In this document: positions 28,724 to 36,997 of the stretch, piece by piece
Position numbering within the stretch: position 1 is the stretch's first letter
Layout of the letters: each line of letters starts with the position of its first letter
Source of the DNA: Acidobacteriota bacterium
GTDB taxonomy: Bacteria > Acidobacteriota > Blastocatellia > Pyrinomonadales > Pyrinomonadaceae
Assembly: GCA_003222895.1 (NCBI GenBank)
Contig: QHXI01000052.1
Coordinates: 118,109 to 182,108, forward strand
Reading direction: 5' to 3'
DNA length: 64,000 bases
The notes under the pieces: model-generated
What the model was told of the DNA's origin: nothing
Seen by the model: the letters and a program-made list of their open reading frames with translations, nothing else
Databases searched by the model: none
Program-made: the position numbers and the translations under genes

Positions 28724-30268
28724 TCAGACTTCTTCAGGAGGCAAGTTGCTATTTGCCGGGCCGTTTATCACCGTACCTACGGCATCGTAGCGCGAGCCGT
28801 GACAAGGACAGTCCCAGGTTTTCTCAGCCGCGTTCCACGTAACAATGCAACCGAGGTGCACGCACACCGCTGACATGCTGTGAACGACTCCGTCTTTGTC
28901 GCGATACACGGCGAGCTTGGATAATCCCTTTCGCAGAACAGCGCCGTCCTCTTTCGCAATCTGGGAGACTGCGTCAACTTCACCGGGCGTCAACACGTCG
29001 GTGTATTGCGCGGCCACATTTGCGTTCTCTTCGATAAAGTCTTTGGCGGCTACCAGCGTTTTCCGCGCTGGATCATAGAGATCCCTCCAGGGATTAGTTC
29101 GGTCCATGATGAGATCGGTAAGCAGTATTCCGGCAATTGTTCCGTGCGTCATGCCCATTCCCGAATCACCGGTCGCGATGAAAATATTGTCATGGTCAAG
29201 AGGATTGCGGCCGATGAAGGCGAGAGAATCTACGGGCTCCATCACCTGACCCGACCATCGGAATTCGATCTCTTCAACCATCGGAAAACGATTGCCCGTC
29301 CATTGTTCCAGCTTGCCCCAGCGTTGCGCCCCGTCGTGTTGCTGTCCAGTCTTGTGATCTTCGCCACCCACGATCAGAACATCGTGATCGTCCGCGCGCT
29401 CGATCCGGATGTAGTGATAAGGCTCCGAAAGATTGGCGGGCGCGTCCCAGAGCAATATTGTCGGAACCGAGTCCTTCGGAACGCGCGCTCCGATCACATA
29501 TGTAGTGTAAGGCGCTTGCTTAGTATGAATCGCCACCCGATCGTTTACGGGCGAATTCGTCGCGACGACGATGGTGTCCGCGGTGATCGTGTAGCCGCTA
29601 GTGGTAATTACAAGAGCATCCGAACCACCTTGGATTTTGTCAGCGTGCGTGCTGGTAAAGATCTGACCGCCATCGCGTCCGATGGCTCGCGCCAAGCCGG
29701 TTAGATATTTCAGCGGATGAAACTGGGCCTGTTGCGGAAAGTGCAAACATGGGCCGGTATCGAAGCTCTCCAAAGGCGCTCGATCCAGGCGTCGAACCTC
29801 AGTCAAGCCGGCACGGTGCGCGGCCGGCATTTCGTCTTCCAGCACTTGCAAGGTTCCATTCGCAGCAAGAAATAAGTAACCGTCAACTCGCTCGAAGTCG
29901 CAATCGATTTTCTCTTCCCGCACAATCGCTTCAACCCGGTCAATCGCAGCGGTGTGACTTTCGCCTGCCAGCCGCGATCCTTCTTCACCGAACAAGCGCT
30001 CAAGTTCATAAAATCGATCGTCGAGCGCGTTCGTTAGATGCGCCGTAGTGCGCGCCGTCATGCCGCCGCCGATTGGCCCATCGTCGAGCACAATTACTGA
30101 CTTGCCTTCGCGCGCCAGCAGGTAAGCCGTTGTCAATCCGGCGATGCCCGCGCCAATAACGCAGACGTGCGCGCTTGTATCCTTGCTTAGAGATTTCTCT
30201 GCTGGCGTGTCCGCCGTTGCCATCCAAACCGACGTGGTTGTTCCTGAAGTTGGTCGCATGCTCTTCAA
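28724..30268 (-). CDS. FAD-dependent oxidoreductase fused to a C-terminal Rieske [2Fe-2S] domain
   Basis: N-terminal VCVIGAGIAGLTTAYLLAREGKSVIVLD. C-terminal Rieske motifs CVHLGC...CPCHGS. Confidence 0.8.
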   Translation of the reverse strand: MKSMRPTSGTTTSVWMATADTPAEKSLSKDTSAHVCVIGAGIAGLTTAYLLAREGKSVIVLDDGPIGGGMTARTTAHLTNALDDRFYELERLFGEEGSRLAGESHTAAIDRVEAIVREEKIDCDFERVDGYLFLAANGTLQVLEDEMPAAHRAGLTEVRRLDRAPLESFDTGPCLHFPQQAQFHPLKYLTGLARAIGRDGGQIFTSTHADKIQGGSDALVITTSGYTITADTIVVATNSPVNDRVAIHTKQAPYTTYVIGARVPKDSVPTILLWDAPANLSEPYHYIRIERADDHDVLIVGGEDHKTGQQHDGAQRWGKLEQWTGNRFPMVEEIEFRWSGQVMEPVDSLAFIGRNPLDHDNIFIATGDSGMGMTHGTIAGILLTDLIMDRTNPWRDLYDPARKTLVAAKDFIEENANVAAQYTDVLTPGEVDAVSQIAKEDGAVLRKGLSKLAVYRDKDGVVHSMSAVCVHLGCIVTWNAAEKTWDCPCHGSRYDAVGTVINGPANSNLPPEEV

Positions 30269-30527
30269 CTAAGCGAGTGACATGCCAACCAAGCGCTGGT
30301 CTTTTCGCAGGTTTCGCACTCGTTCGCGCTCGCCGAAATTCTGACACTGTCTGAAATTGCAACAAGGTTCCGACCGCAGGAAGAACTCGATACAGCGTCA
30401 AGTTGAAATAAACAGGCCCGATGATCATCTGCACTTCGCCGACAAGGTGAGGCTCGAATTCGAAAATCGTGGGACTGGCCTTAAGGTTGATACTTCGTAA
30501 CCCTTACGCGCTGCGATAGAATCAGCG

Positions 30528-31829
30528 TTGTCTATGGATCAGTTAACCAGCCAGCAAGAGAAACTACTTTCCGATCTTCAATCCGACGCATTCAACTACT
30601 TCATTCACGAAGTGAATTCAGAGAATGGGCTGGTTGTCGATTGCACCAAAGAAGGATGGCCTTCAAGCATCGCGGCGATTGGCATGGCACTATCGGCTTA
30701 TCCCGTCGGAATCGAACGTAACCTAATCTCGCGTGATGAAGCAATAGATCGAACCTTGCGGAAGCTGCGCTTTTTCGCTGGCAGCGAGCAGAGCACCAGC
30801 GCAGACGCGACTGGCTACAAAGGCTTCTATTACCATTTCCTCGACATGCAAACCGGCCGGCGCGCGTGGCATTGCGAGCTATCGACCATGGATTCGACTT
30901 TTCTGTTTGCGGGAATGCTGGTCGCCGCGACTTATTTCGATCGCGAGACCGCACTTGAGAATGAGATTCGCCGGTTGGCGGACGAACTTTATTGCCGCGC
31001 TGATTGGCAATGGGCAACGGCTGGCGGCAGTACCCTGGCTCACGGTTGGCGACCTGAGAGTGGCTTCTTAAAGGATCGATGGGACGGTTACGACGAAGGC
31101 GTGTTGGCTGACGTGCTTGCTCTTGCTTCGCCGACTTTTCCACTGCCGCCGGAGAGTTATGACGCCGACGTGGCGGCCTATGTGTGGAAGAAAGTTTACG
31201 ATTACGAATATCTCTTTGCGGGCCCCTTATTCGTTCATCAGTTTTCGCATCTCTGGATCGATTTTCGGGGCATCCAGGATCAGTTCATGCGCGATCACAG
31301 TTCAGACTATTTCGAAAACAGCCGCCGGGCCACTTACGCCCAGCGAGAGTATGCGAAGCGAAATCCGAACGGCTTCAAAGGTTACAGCGACGTGTGCTGG
31401 GGTTTGACCGCGTGCGAAGGTCCCGGACCGAAGGAACTAACGATCGGTGGAGTCGAGCGCAGTTTCTTTGATTATGTTGCGCGCGGAGTGCCCGATGGGC
31501 CGGACGATGGCACACTGGCGCCGTGGGCTGTCGTGGCGTCACTGCCGTTCGCTCCAGAGATCGTTTTGCCGACGCTGGAACACTTCAACCAGATCGAAAT
31601 CGGCGTCGAACATCCGTACGGGCTCGAAGCGACGTTTAATCCGACGTTTCCCGACGAAAAATGTCGCGAGTGCGGATGGGTTTCGCCCTGGCATTTTGGC
31701 ATCAACCAGGGGCCAATCGTGCTCATGATCGAAAATCATCGCAGCGATTTTCTTTGGCGCCTGATGCGCTCTTGCCCATACATCATCAATGGGCTGCGCC
31801 GCGCCGGCTTCAAGGGCGGATGGCTATGA
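30528..31829 (+). CDS. Glucoamylase-like / six-hairpin glycosidase family protein (possibly beta-1,2-glucanase-like)
   Basis: Cytoplasmic 433-aa protein. Motifs recalled from the putative glucoamylase family: GFYYHFLDMQTGRR, STMDSTFLFAGML, WGLTACEGPG, INQGPIVLMIEN. Confidence 0.5.
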   Translation: MSMDQLTSQQEKLLSDLQSDAFNYFIHEVNSENGLVVDCTKEGWPSSIAAIGMALSAYPVGIERNLISRDEAIDRTLRKLRFFAGSEQSTSADATGYKGFYYHFLDMQTGRRAWHCELSTMDSTFLFAGMLVAATYFDRETALENEIRRLADELYCRADWQWATAGGSTLAHGWRPESGFLKDRWDGYDEGVLADVLALASPTFPLPPESYDADVAAYVWKKVYDYEYLFAGPLFVHQFSHLWIDFRGIQDQFMRDHSSDYFENSRRATYAQREYAKRNPNGFKGYSDVCWGLTACEGPGPKELTIGGVERSFFDYVARGVPDGPDDGTLAPWAVVASLPFAPEIVLPTLEHFNQIEIGVEHPYGLEATFNPTFPDEKCRECGWVSPWHFGINQGPIVLMIENHRSDFLWRLMRSCPYIINGLRRAGFKGGWL

Positions 31830-32022
31830 CCAGACCGGTCTCAAAGAAATCAATTTGTGACGCTGGCAGGCGCGCCCTGAGGGCTCCCACGGTTTCAGGT
31901 TGTGAATAGATCGGGCGGACGGGTGCAAGGAGAGTCGAAAAGGCAAATGGTCAGTCCAGGTTTTCTGAAAACAGAGAGATAAACTGCGAGATTGCACCTC
32001 TCGTTTTTCTCGCGTGCTGTTG

Positions 32023-32045
32023 TGCTATACTCCCGCGCGCCTCGC
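32023..32045 (+). promoter_or_regulatory. Extended -10 promoter-like motif TGCTATACTCCCGCGCGCCTCGC upstream of the SLATT gene
   Basis: TGnTATACT lies 85 nt upstream of ATG 32116. 19 of 23 positions are identical to the motif at 32984-33006. Confidence 0.4.
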
Positions 32046-32115
32046 AGTACCTAAGCAACTTTCCGCACTTATTTCATCAGGCCGGCGAGCCTGGACACTC
32101 ATTGAGAGGTACGAC

Positions 32116-32577
32116 ATGGCAGAGCCTGACGTCACGTTGGATCGCTTGGAAGATCAGATCGACTGGTACGATCGAAAAAGCAAATACAACCAGCAGATGT
32201 TCAAGCTGATGAAGACTGCAACGATCGTTATCTCGGTGTCGATACCTTTGTTTGCCGCGTTTGCGGCTTACAGATCCATCGAGGGCAAAATGGTGGCGCT
32301 GATTACCGGCTCGGTCGGTGCAACCATCGCCTTGCTCGAGGCGTTCCAGCAACTCAATCAGTATCAGCAACAATGGATTACATACCGGTCCACTGCGGAA
32401 GGTTTGAAGCACGAGAAATTCTTGTTCCTGGCATCGGCTGGGCCATACGCCGCCGCGGAATATCCCAAGAAGCTGCTGGCTGAACGAGTCGAATCGCTGG
32501 TTTCACAGGAACATGCAAAGTGGGCTTCGACGCAGGAGCAAACAGGCAAGAGTCCCACTAAGCCAGAGCAAAAATAG
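32116..32577 (+). CDS. DUF4231 / SLATT-domain two-TM protein (153 aa)
   Basis: LEDQIDWYDRKSKYNQQMFKL, then two hydrophobic helices (TATIVISVSIPLFAAFAAY; VALITGSVGATIALLEAF). Then WITYRSTAEGLKHEKFLFLASAGPY and ERVESLVSQEHAKW, the recalled DUF4231 signature. RBS GAGAGG lies 6 nt before ATG 32116, and the ORF-track start 32014 lies upstream of the promoter motif. Confidence 0.8.
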   Translation: MAEPDVTLDRLEDQIDWYDRKSKYNQQMFKLMKTATIVISVSIPLFAAFAAYRSIEGKMVALITGSVGATIALLEAFQQLNQYQQQWITYRSTAEGLKHEKFLFLASAGPYAAAEYPKKLLAERVESLVSQEHAKWASTQEQTGKSPTKPEQK

Positions 32578-32693
32578 AGTTCGTAAGCGATTAAGGCGAT
32601 CGCAGATTATTTAGGCAAGGCAAACAAATAGTTTGCGTTGCTTCCTCAACCCGCATTTCAAGAATGGTGCGACTCTTTCCGGGAGCAAGACGC

Positions 32694-32933
32694 ATGACCT
32701 CCACCGCGAATTTCTAGAATCAACTCTTCATTAGTTATGCGCACATCGACCATCGCTACTTCACCGGCGGCGGGTAGCGTTTCGACGAACACCGGCGGGT
32801 TTGCCGGATTTGCTTGCTTATGAATTTTACGAACGGAACGAAGCTCTGGCGGAACCTGTCAAATTCGTATCTTATCGACGGCCGTGATTTTCTGGAAAGA
32901 GTGAAAAGCATCTACGCAATTTATGTGGGCTAA
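32694..32933 (+). pseudogene. Decayed, truncated TIR-domain ORF (80 codons, two in-frame TAG stops)
   Basis: A single frame reads MTSTANF*NQLFISYAHIDHRYFTGGG*RFDEHRRVCRICLLMNFTNGTKLWRNLSNSYLIDGRDFLERVKSIYAIYVG*. FISYAHID plus (G)W..F....L and LWRx...L.G.DF resemble the N-terminal half of bacterial TIR_2-type domains. The second TAG sits where Trp (TGG) is expected. Confidence 0.45.
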
Positions 32934-32983
32934 CGAATCTAAAACGCAAACCTACTAATAATCTAGTCAGCAAGAATTCTTAC

Positions 32984-33006
32984 TGCTATACTCCCGCCGC
33001 GCTCGC
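32984..33006 (+). promoter_or_regulatory. Extended -10 promoter-like motif TGCTATACTCCCGCCGCGCTCGC upstream of the TM-TIR gene
   Basis: TGnTATACT lies 60 nt upstream of ATG 33052. It is a near-copy of the motif at 32023-32045. Confidence 0.4.
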
Positions 33007-33051
33007 GCTTAGATCTCCGCTACCTGAACCAGCACAGGGGTCGAAGTCGCC

Positions 33052-36024
33052 ATGTCAACGGTTACCTCCAACCAAATCCGCAAGTCGGCGCGTACTCCAT
33101 CACGGCCCGGCGAAAAGGATTCTAGAAAACCGCTTCTCATAGGCGTATGTCTCCTTGGTTTGTCGGTGACGCTCCTGGTTTACGCAATCACCTATCGACC
33201 GAAAGCAAAACAATTCATCTTTGCAGGGCGAATTGAGCGGATTCCTCCGACCGGCGTGGTCGAAATCAAACAATCCCCTCAAACACCAACGAAAGACACC
33301 TCTCCATCGGTCCGGGCACCCAACCGAACTCAATACCGGCATCATGCAATAAAGAGCCGATCGGCCAATCCTGAAGCAATTGAACCGCGAACGCTGAATC
33401 GAGCCGAACCATGTCTTGCCATACGCGAACTGGCGAAGAGTGTTGACACTCGTGACATGCGTCCAGTCGGCGATCCGTCACCGCTGCGCAGCGCCGCGCC
33501 CCAAACCTCGCCCACTGCGCAGAAGAAGAACGTGATTCGCAGGTTCTTTGCCTGGCTGGCCGGACTCTTTTCCCGGAAAAAGTTGGGCGAAAACGATCCA
33601 CCAAATCATCAGCCGCCTAAGATTTCGCTCGGTCTGTCACGCAGACAAATTTTCGCGCGGGAGCAGTGCCCCGACAAGATGCAACCCGATCCGTCTTGTG
33701 TGGCGGAAACGCGATTGGAAGTCTTTGCACGGGCAACCGATTCGGATGGTGAGTTATCGATAAAACCAGCCGCTCAAATCGGAAAGATCATAACGCTGAG
33801 TAAGGAACATTTTACCTGGGATCTAACCGGTGTTGCTCCGGGAGTTTATTCATTTACCGTCACTGCGTCTGATGGCAAGTCTGAGCTGGCGACAAAGTCT
33901 GTGAGAGTGACGGTGTCAGCTTGCGAATGCATTGCGGCGCCTCAGCCCACACCTCAGCCGACGCCTGCCGCGATTTGCCCCGAAATCAGTTTATCTGGAC
34001 CGGACACCGTAAAGCCCGGCGAAAGCTTTGCAGTTTCAGCCGCTGTCATGCGTGGGTCGTCAGAGACTCGCCATACGTACGACTGGATAGTCTCCGAAGG
34101 CGAAATTGTGTCCGGGCAAGGGACGTCCAGGGTTGTCATTAGAACACCTCCGCGCGCGACGACTGTTAGAGTGAGGGTCACATTACGTGAACAGCCGGCT
34201 TGTCCTGCTGACGCATTTTGGAGGATTGGGGCTACCGCGGGTCCAACGACTTCAGTTTCGGGAACTATCCAGGACGCTGCTGGTGCTGTGATTTCTGGCG
34301 CTACCATCATTCTGACGAGTGCTGAGGGCCGGTCTTACCGAACCGTCAGCGGAGCCAATGGTGATTATGAGATTTCAGGATTGTCTCCGGGCCGTTATGA
34401 CGTGCGGATTGAGGTCGCGAATTTTAAGACGCAGACTACGACCATAGAAGCGCGCATGATCCAGCAGTCGCCTTTCAACTTTGCTCTTGAAATCGGTGGC
34501 ATCGGTGAGCCGGTGACGATAACAGCGGAATCCTCTCCTTCTCCTTCTCCTACACCTTCGGCCACCGCTTCGCCTACTCCACTGAAGATCCTGAAGGAAC
34601 AGGATCAAATCAAGGTCGATTATCCCGAACGATTCCTCCAAAAGTCGGAAGGCGAGATCACATTCGAGATGGAACGAGTTCTCAGGGAGGTGATCGCTTC
34701 AGAAACTAACATTAACGGCAAAGTCGAAATCGTGGACAAACCTCGGCCGATACCTGGCGCGACCCCAGACACAACTCTCAATGTCGCGTTCGGCGAGCAA
34801 TACGAGGCTTACGCGAACGTGACACTAATTCCAAACGGGCTAACCGTGGTGTCGACGCCCGCGAGCGTAGAACATTCGCTGAAAGAGAAACTGGTTAGGT
34901 GGGCTTGGCGCTTGAGACCAACTGACGCTAGCGCGACCGAAGCGTCATTCAAATTCCAGTTGGACATCGTTTGGAAGGCCAAGGTTGTCGGATCGCTGCC
35001 GGATGTCGTTCGCCGCGACGTGTGGCCCAATCAACCGATAATCGTGCCGATCGGGCCGCCGCCCTCAGTCAAAGTCGCAACCTATAGCTCGCCGGTGCTG
35101 GCCGCTGGTGGCTTGCTCACGCTTGGGTTCGGCGCCAGACGTCGCCGACGCCTCGTCCAAGGTGCCGCGGAAGATGCGCCAGCCGAAATCGAGGAGGAGA
35201 GCGTAACTGCAAGCGTGTTTGCCCCGAGCCAGGTCGCAACTGGTAATAGCTTTCTCGTGCAGGTTTTTGCTCACCTGGGGGAACAGGCAGAATCGCTTGA
35301 GAGGCTGGCGCGGGAAGCTGACGATGATGCGCGCAGACGAGCAAGTGCAGAACTACAAAGGCCCGTCAAACGCGGAGTTGTTCTGACTTTCAACTTAACG
35401 ATGAAGGGACTGGACATTGATGAGCCGTCGCAATCGTGCACCTGGCGCGGCGCGCCGGCGATCGTTCAATTCGGAGTCACCGTGCCCCCTGACTTCACCG
35501 CACAAGATCTCTTGGGATTGGTAACTGTCTGTGAGGAAACGGTGCCGATTGGGCATCTGCGATTCAAACTCAAAATTGTCGATGGCGCTGCAACTACCGC
35601 GAACACTCCACAATACATTGGCACTGCCAGGCGATATAGTCAGGCTTTCATATCATACGCCTCACAAGATCGCGCAGAAGTGCTAAAGCGAGTCCAGATG
35701 TTGAACTCTTTGAAGTTGAAGTTCTTTCAGGATTTGTTGACGCTCGAGCCGGGTGACGAGTGGGAAAAGTTGATTTACCAATACCTTGATGCAAGCGATG
35801 TAGTTTTTTTGTTTTGGTCAAAGGCAGCCAGTGAGTCTTCGTGGGTGCGAAAAGAGATTCAATACGCCATGCAGCGAAAACATAACCTGGAAGAAGAGGC
35901 ACCCGAAATTGTGCCCGTGATTATCGAGGGACCACCGCCGGCGCCAGCCCCTGCGGAACTCGCGTTTCTTCATTTCAACGATCGGTTTATGTACTTCATC
36001 AGCGCCACCGATGCCGGTGACTAA
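33052..36024 (+). CDS. Membrane-spanning receptor-like protein with a C-terminal TIR domain (990 aa)
   Basis: TM1 at aa 27-47 and a low-complexity stalk. Two Ig-like modules at about aa 215-385 (TWDLTGVAPGVYSFTVTASDG; YDWIVSEGEIVSGQGTSRVVI). CarboxypepD_reg at aa 401-466 (VSGTIQDAAGAVISGATIILTSAEGRSYRTVSGANGDYEISGLSPGRYDV). P/S linker and an unknown domain at aa 511-670. TM2 at aa 676-696, followed by RRRRR. Beta-rich domain at aa 716-845. TIR at aa 863-965 (QAFISYASQD...DVVFLFWS...SSWVRKEIQYA). Confidence 0.8.
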   Translation: MSTVTSNQIRKSARTPSRPGEKDSRKPLLIGVCLLGLSVTLLVYAITYRPKAKQFIFAGRIERIPPTGVVEIKQSPQTPTKDTSPSVRAPNRTQYRHHAIKSRSANPEAIEPRTLNRAEPCLAIRELAKSVDTRDMRPVGDPSPLRSAAPQTSPTAQKKNVIRRFFAWLAGLFSRKKLGENDPPNHQPPKISLGLSRRQIFAREQCPDKMQPDPSCVAETRLEVFARATDSDGELSIKPAAQIGKIITLSKEHFTWDLTGVAPGVYSFTVTASDGKSELATKSVRVTVSACECIAAPQPTPQPTPAAICPEISLSGPDTVKPGESFAVSAAVMRGSSETRHTYDWIVSEGEIVSGQGTSRVVIRTPPRATTVRVRVTLREQPACPADAFWRIGATAGPTTSVSGTIQDAAGAVISGATIILTSAEGRSYRTVSGANGDYEISGLSPGRYDVRIEVANFKTQTTTIEARMIQQSPFNFALEIGGIGEPVTITAESSPSPSPTPSATASPTPLKILKEQDQIKVDYPERFLQKSEGEITFEMERVLREVIASETNINGKVEIVDKPRPIPGATPDTTLNVAFGEQYEAYANVTLIPNGLTVVSTPASVEHSLKEKLVRWAWRLRPTDASATEASFKFQLDIVWKAKVVGSLPDVVRRDVWPNQPIIVPIGPPPSVKVATYSSPVLAAGGLLTLGFGARRRRRLVQGAAEDAPAEIEEESVTASVFAPSQVATGNSFLVQVFAHLGEQAESLERLAREADDDARRRASAELQRPVKRGVVLTFNLTMKGLDIDEPSQSCTWRGAPAIVQFGVTVPPDFTAQDLLGLVTVCEETVPIGHLRFKLKIVDGAATTANTPQYIGTARRYSQAFISYASQDRAEVLKRVQMLNSLKLKFFQDLLTLEPGDEWEKLIYQYLDASDVVFLFWSKAASESSWVRKEIQYAMQRKHNLEEEAPEIVPVIIEGPPPAPAPAELAFLHFNDRFMYFISATDAGD

Positions 36025-36068
36025 GTTACTTATGAGCATTCCCTGAAGGTTCTTTCCGTCGTTGCGGT

Positions 36069-36995
36069 TCAGTTGTCCCGATTGACAACGAATTCGACCA
36101 TGGCGGCCAGCAGTTCCGTTGAGCGGTTGATCTTTTTCAGCGCCTCACAAGAATATCGATAGGCGGATTTGATTCGCTCGTTCGTGCTCGCGATTCCAAA
36201 GAGTGCTGGAAAAGTGGCCTTGCTTGCCCGCGCATCTTTGCCCGGGGTCTTTCCTAGATCTTCCGCAGTCGCCGTGACATCCAAAAGATCGTCCGTGATT
36301 TGAAACAACAAACCGAGGTTGGTGGCGTATTCCGTGATCGCCGCGAGTTCATCTTCGTTTGCGCCGGCGAACAGCGCGCCGCAACGGGCAGCGGCGCGAA
36401 TCAAAGCGCCGGTCTTCAGGCGATGAATGCGCTCGAGCTCGTCGCCGTTCACTTCGCGTGATTCAGCATTGAGATCAAGCTCTTGGCCCGCCACCATTCC
36501 TTCCGGCGTTCCCGACGCGCGCGAAACTTCGGAAATCAATTGAACGCGCAAGGCAGCATCCAGCTTTTCATCTTCCGCAATCGTCTGAAACGCGAGAGCT
36601 TGCAACGCATCCCCGGCGAGGATCGCCGTTGCTTCGTCAAACTTCACATGGCAAGTCGCTCGGCCGCGTCGCAGATCGTCATCATCCATCGACGGCAGAT
36701 CGTCGTGAATCAGCGAATAGGTGTGAATCATTTCCAGCGCGCAGGCCGTGCGCAATAGATCATCTGCGCGCGCGTCGAACGTCTCGCCCACGGCCAGCAG
36801 CAACGCGGGGCGAAATCGTTTTCCGCCCGCGAAGACACTCCAGCGAATCGCTTCATGCACGCGTTGCGGTTGTTCGGATGCTTGCGGGATCAGGCGATCG
36901 AGTTCCGAATCAATCAGAGTGCGGCAGGATGCGAGAAATTCCCGCGCGTAATTTGCGTCGGAATTTATTACCACAGAGGACACAGAGGAAATCAA
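36069..36995 (-). CDS. ispA: Polyprenyl (farnesyl/geranylgeranyl) diphosphate synthase
   Basis: GGKRFRPALL, first Asp-rich motif LIHDDLPSMDDDDLRRG, second FQITDDLLD. It lies downstream of xseB as in the classical xseB-ispA arrangement. Start uncertain (TTG 36995, or GTG 36983 or 36974). Confidence 0.85.
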   Translation of the reverse strand: MISSVSSVVINSDANYAREFLASCRTLIDSELDRLIPQASEQPQRVHEAIRWSVFAGGKRFRPALLLAVGETFDARADDLLRTACALEMIHTYSLIHDDLPSMDDDDLRRGRATCHVKFDEATAILAGDALQALAFQTIAEDEKLDAALRVQLISEVSRASGTPEGMVAGQELDLNAESREVNGDELERIHRLKTGALIRAAARCGALFAGANEDELAAITEYATNLGLLFQITDDLLDVTATAEDLGKTPGKDARASKATFPALFGIASTNERIKSAYRYSCEALKKINRSTELLAAMVEFVVNRDN

Positions 36996-36997
36996 AC

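Noticed and set aside
33532-33582. Hydrophobic patch RRFFAWLAGLFSRKK (aa 161-175) of the TIR protein as a third TM helix
   Set aside because: It has only about 9-10 contiguous hydrophobic residues, too short for a TM span. Counting it would also put the Ig/CarboxypepD_reg modules in the cytoplasm. It is kept as a caveat in the topology finding.
36971-36992. REP-like string ccacagaggacacagaggaaat at the ispA 5' end as evidence that the ispA start is mis-set
   Set aside because: It is the reverse complement of the half-site at 63001-63022, and it makes the N-terminus MISSVSSVV suspicious. However, xseB ends 2 nt upstream and no better start exists except GTG 36983 or 36974. The gene call is kept and the start flagged as uncertain.
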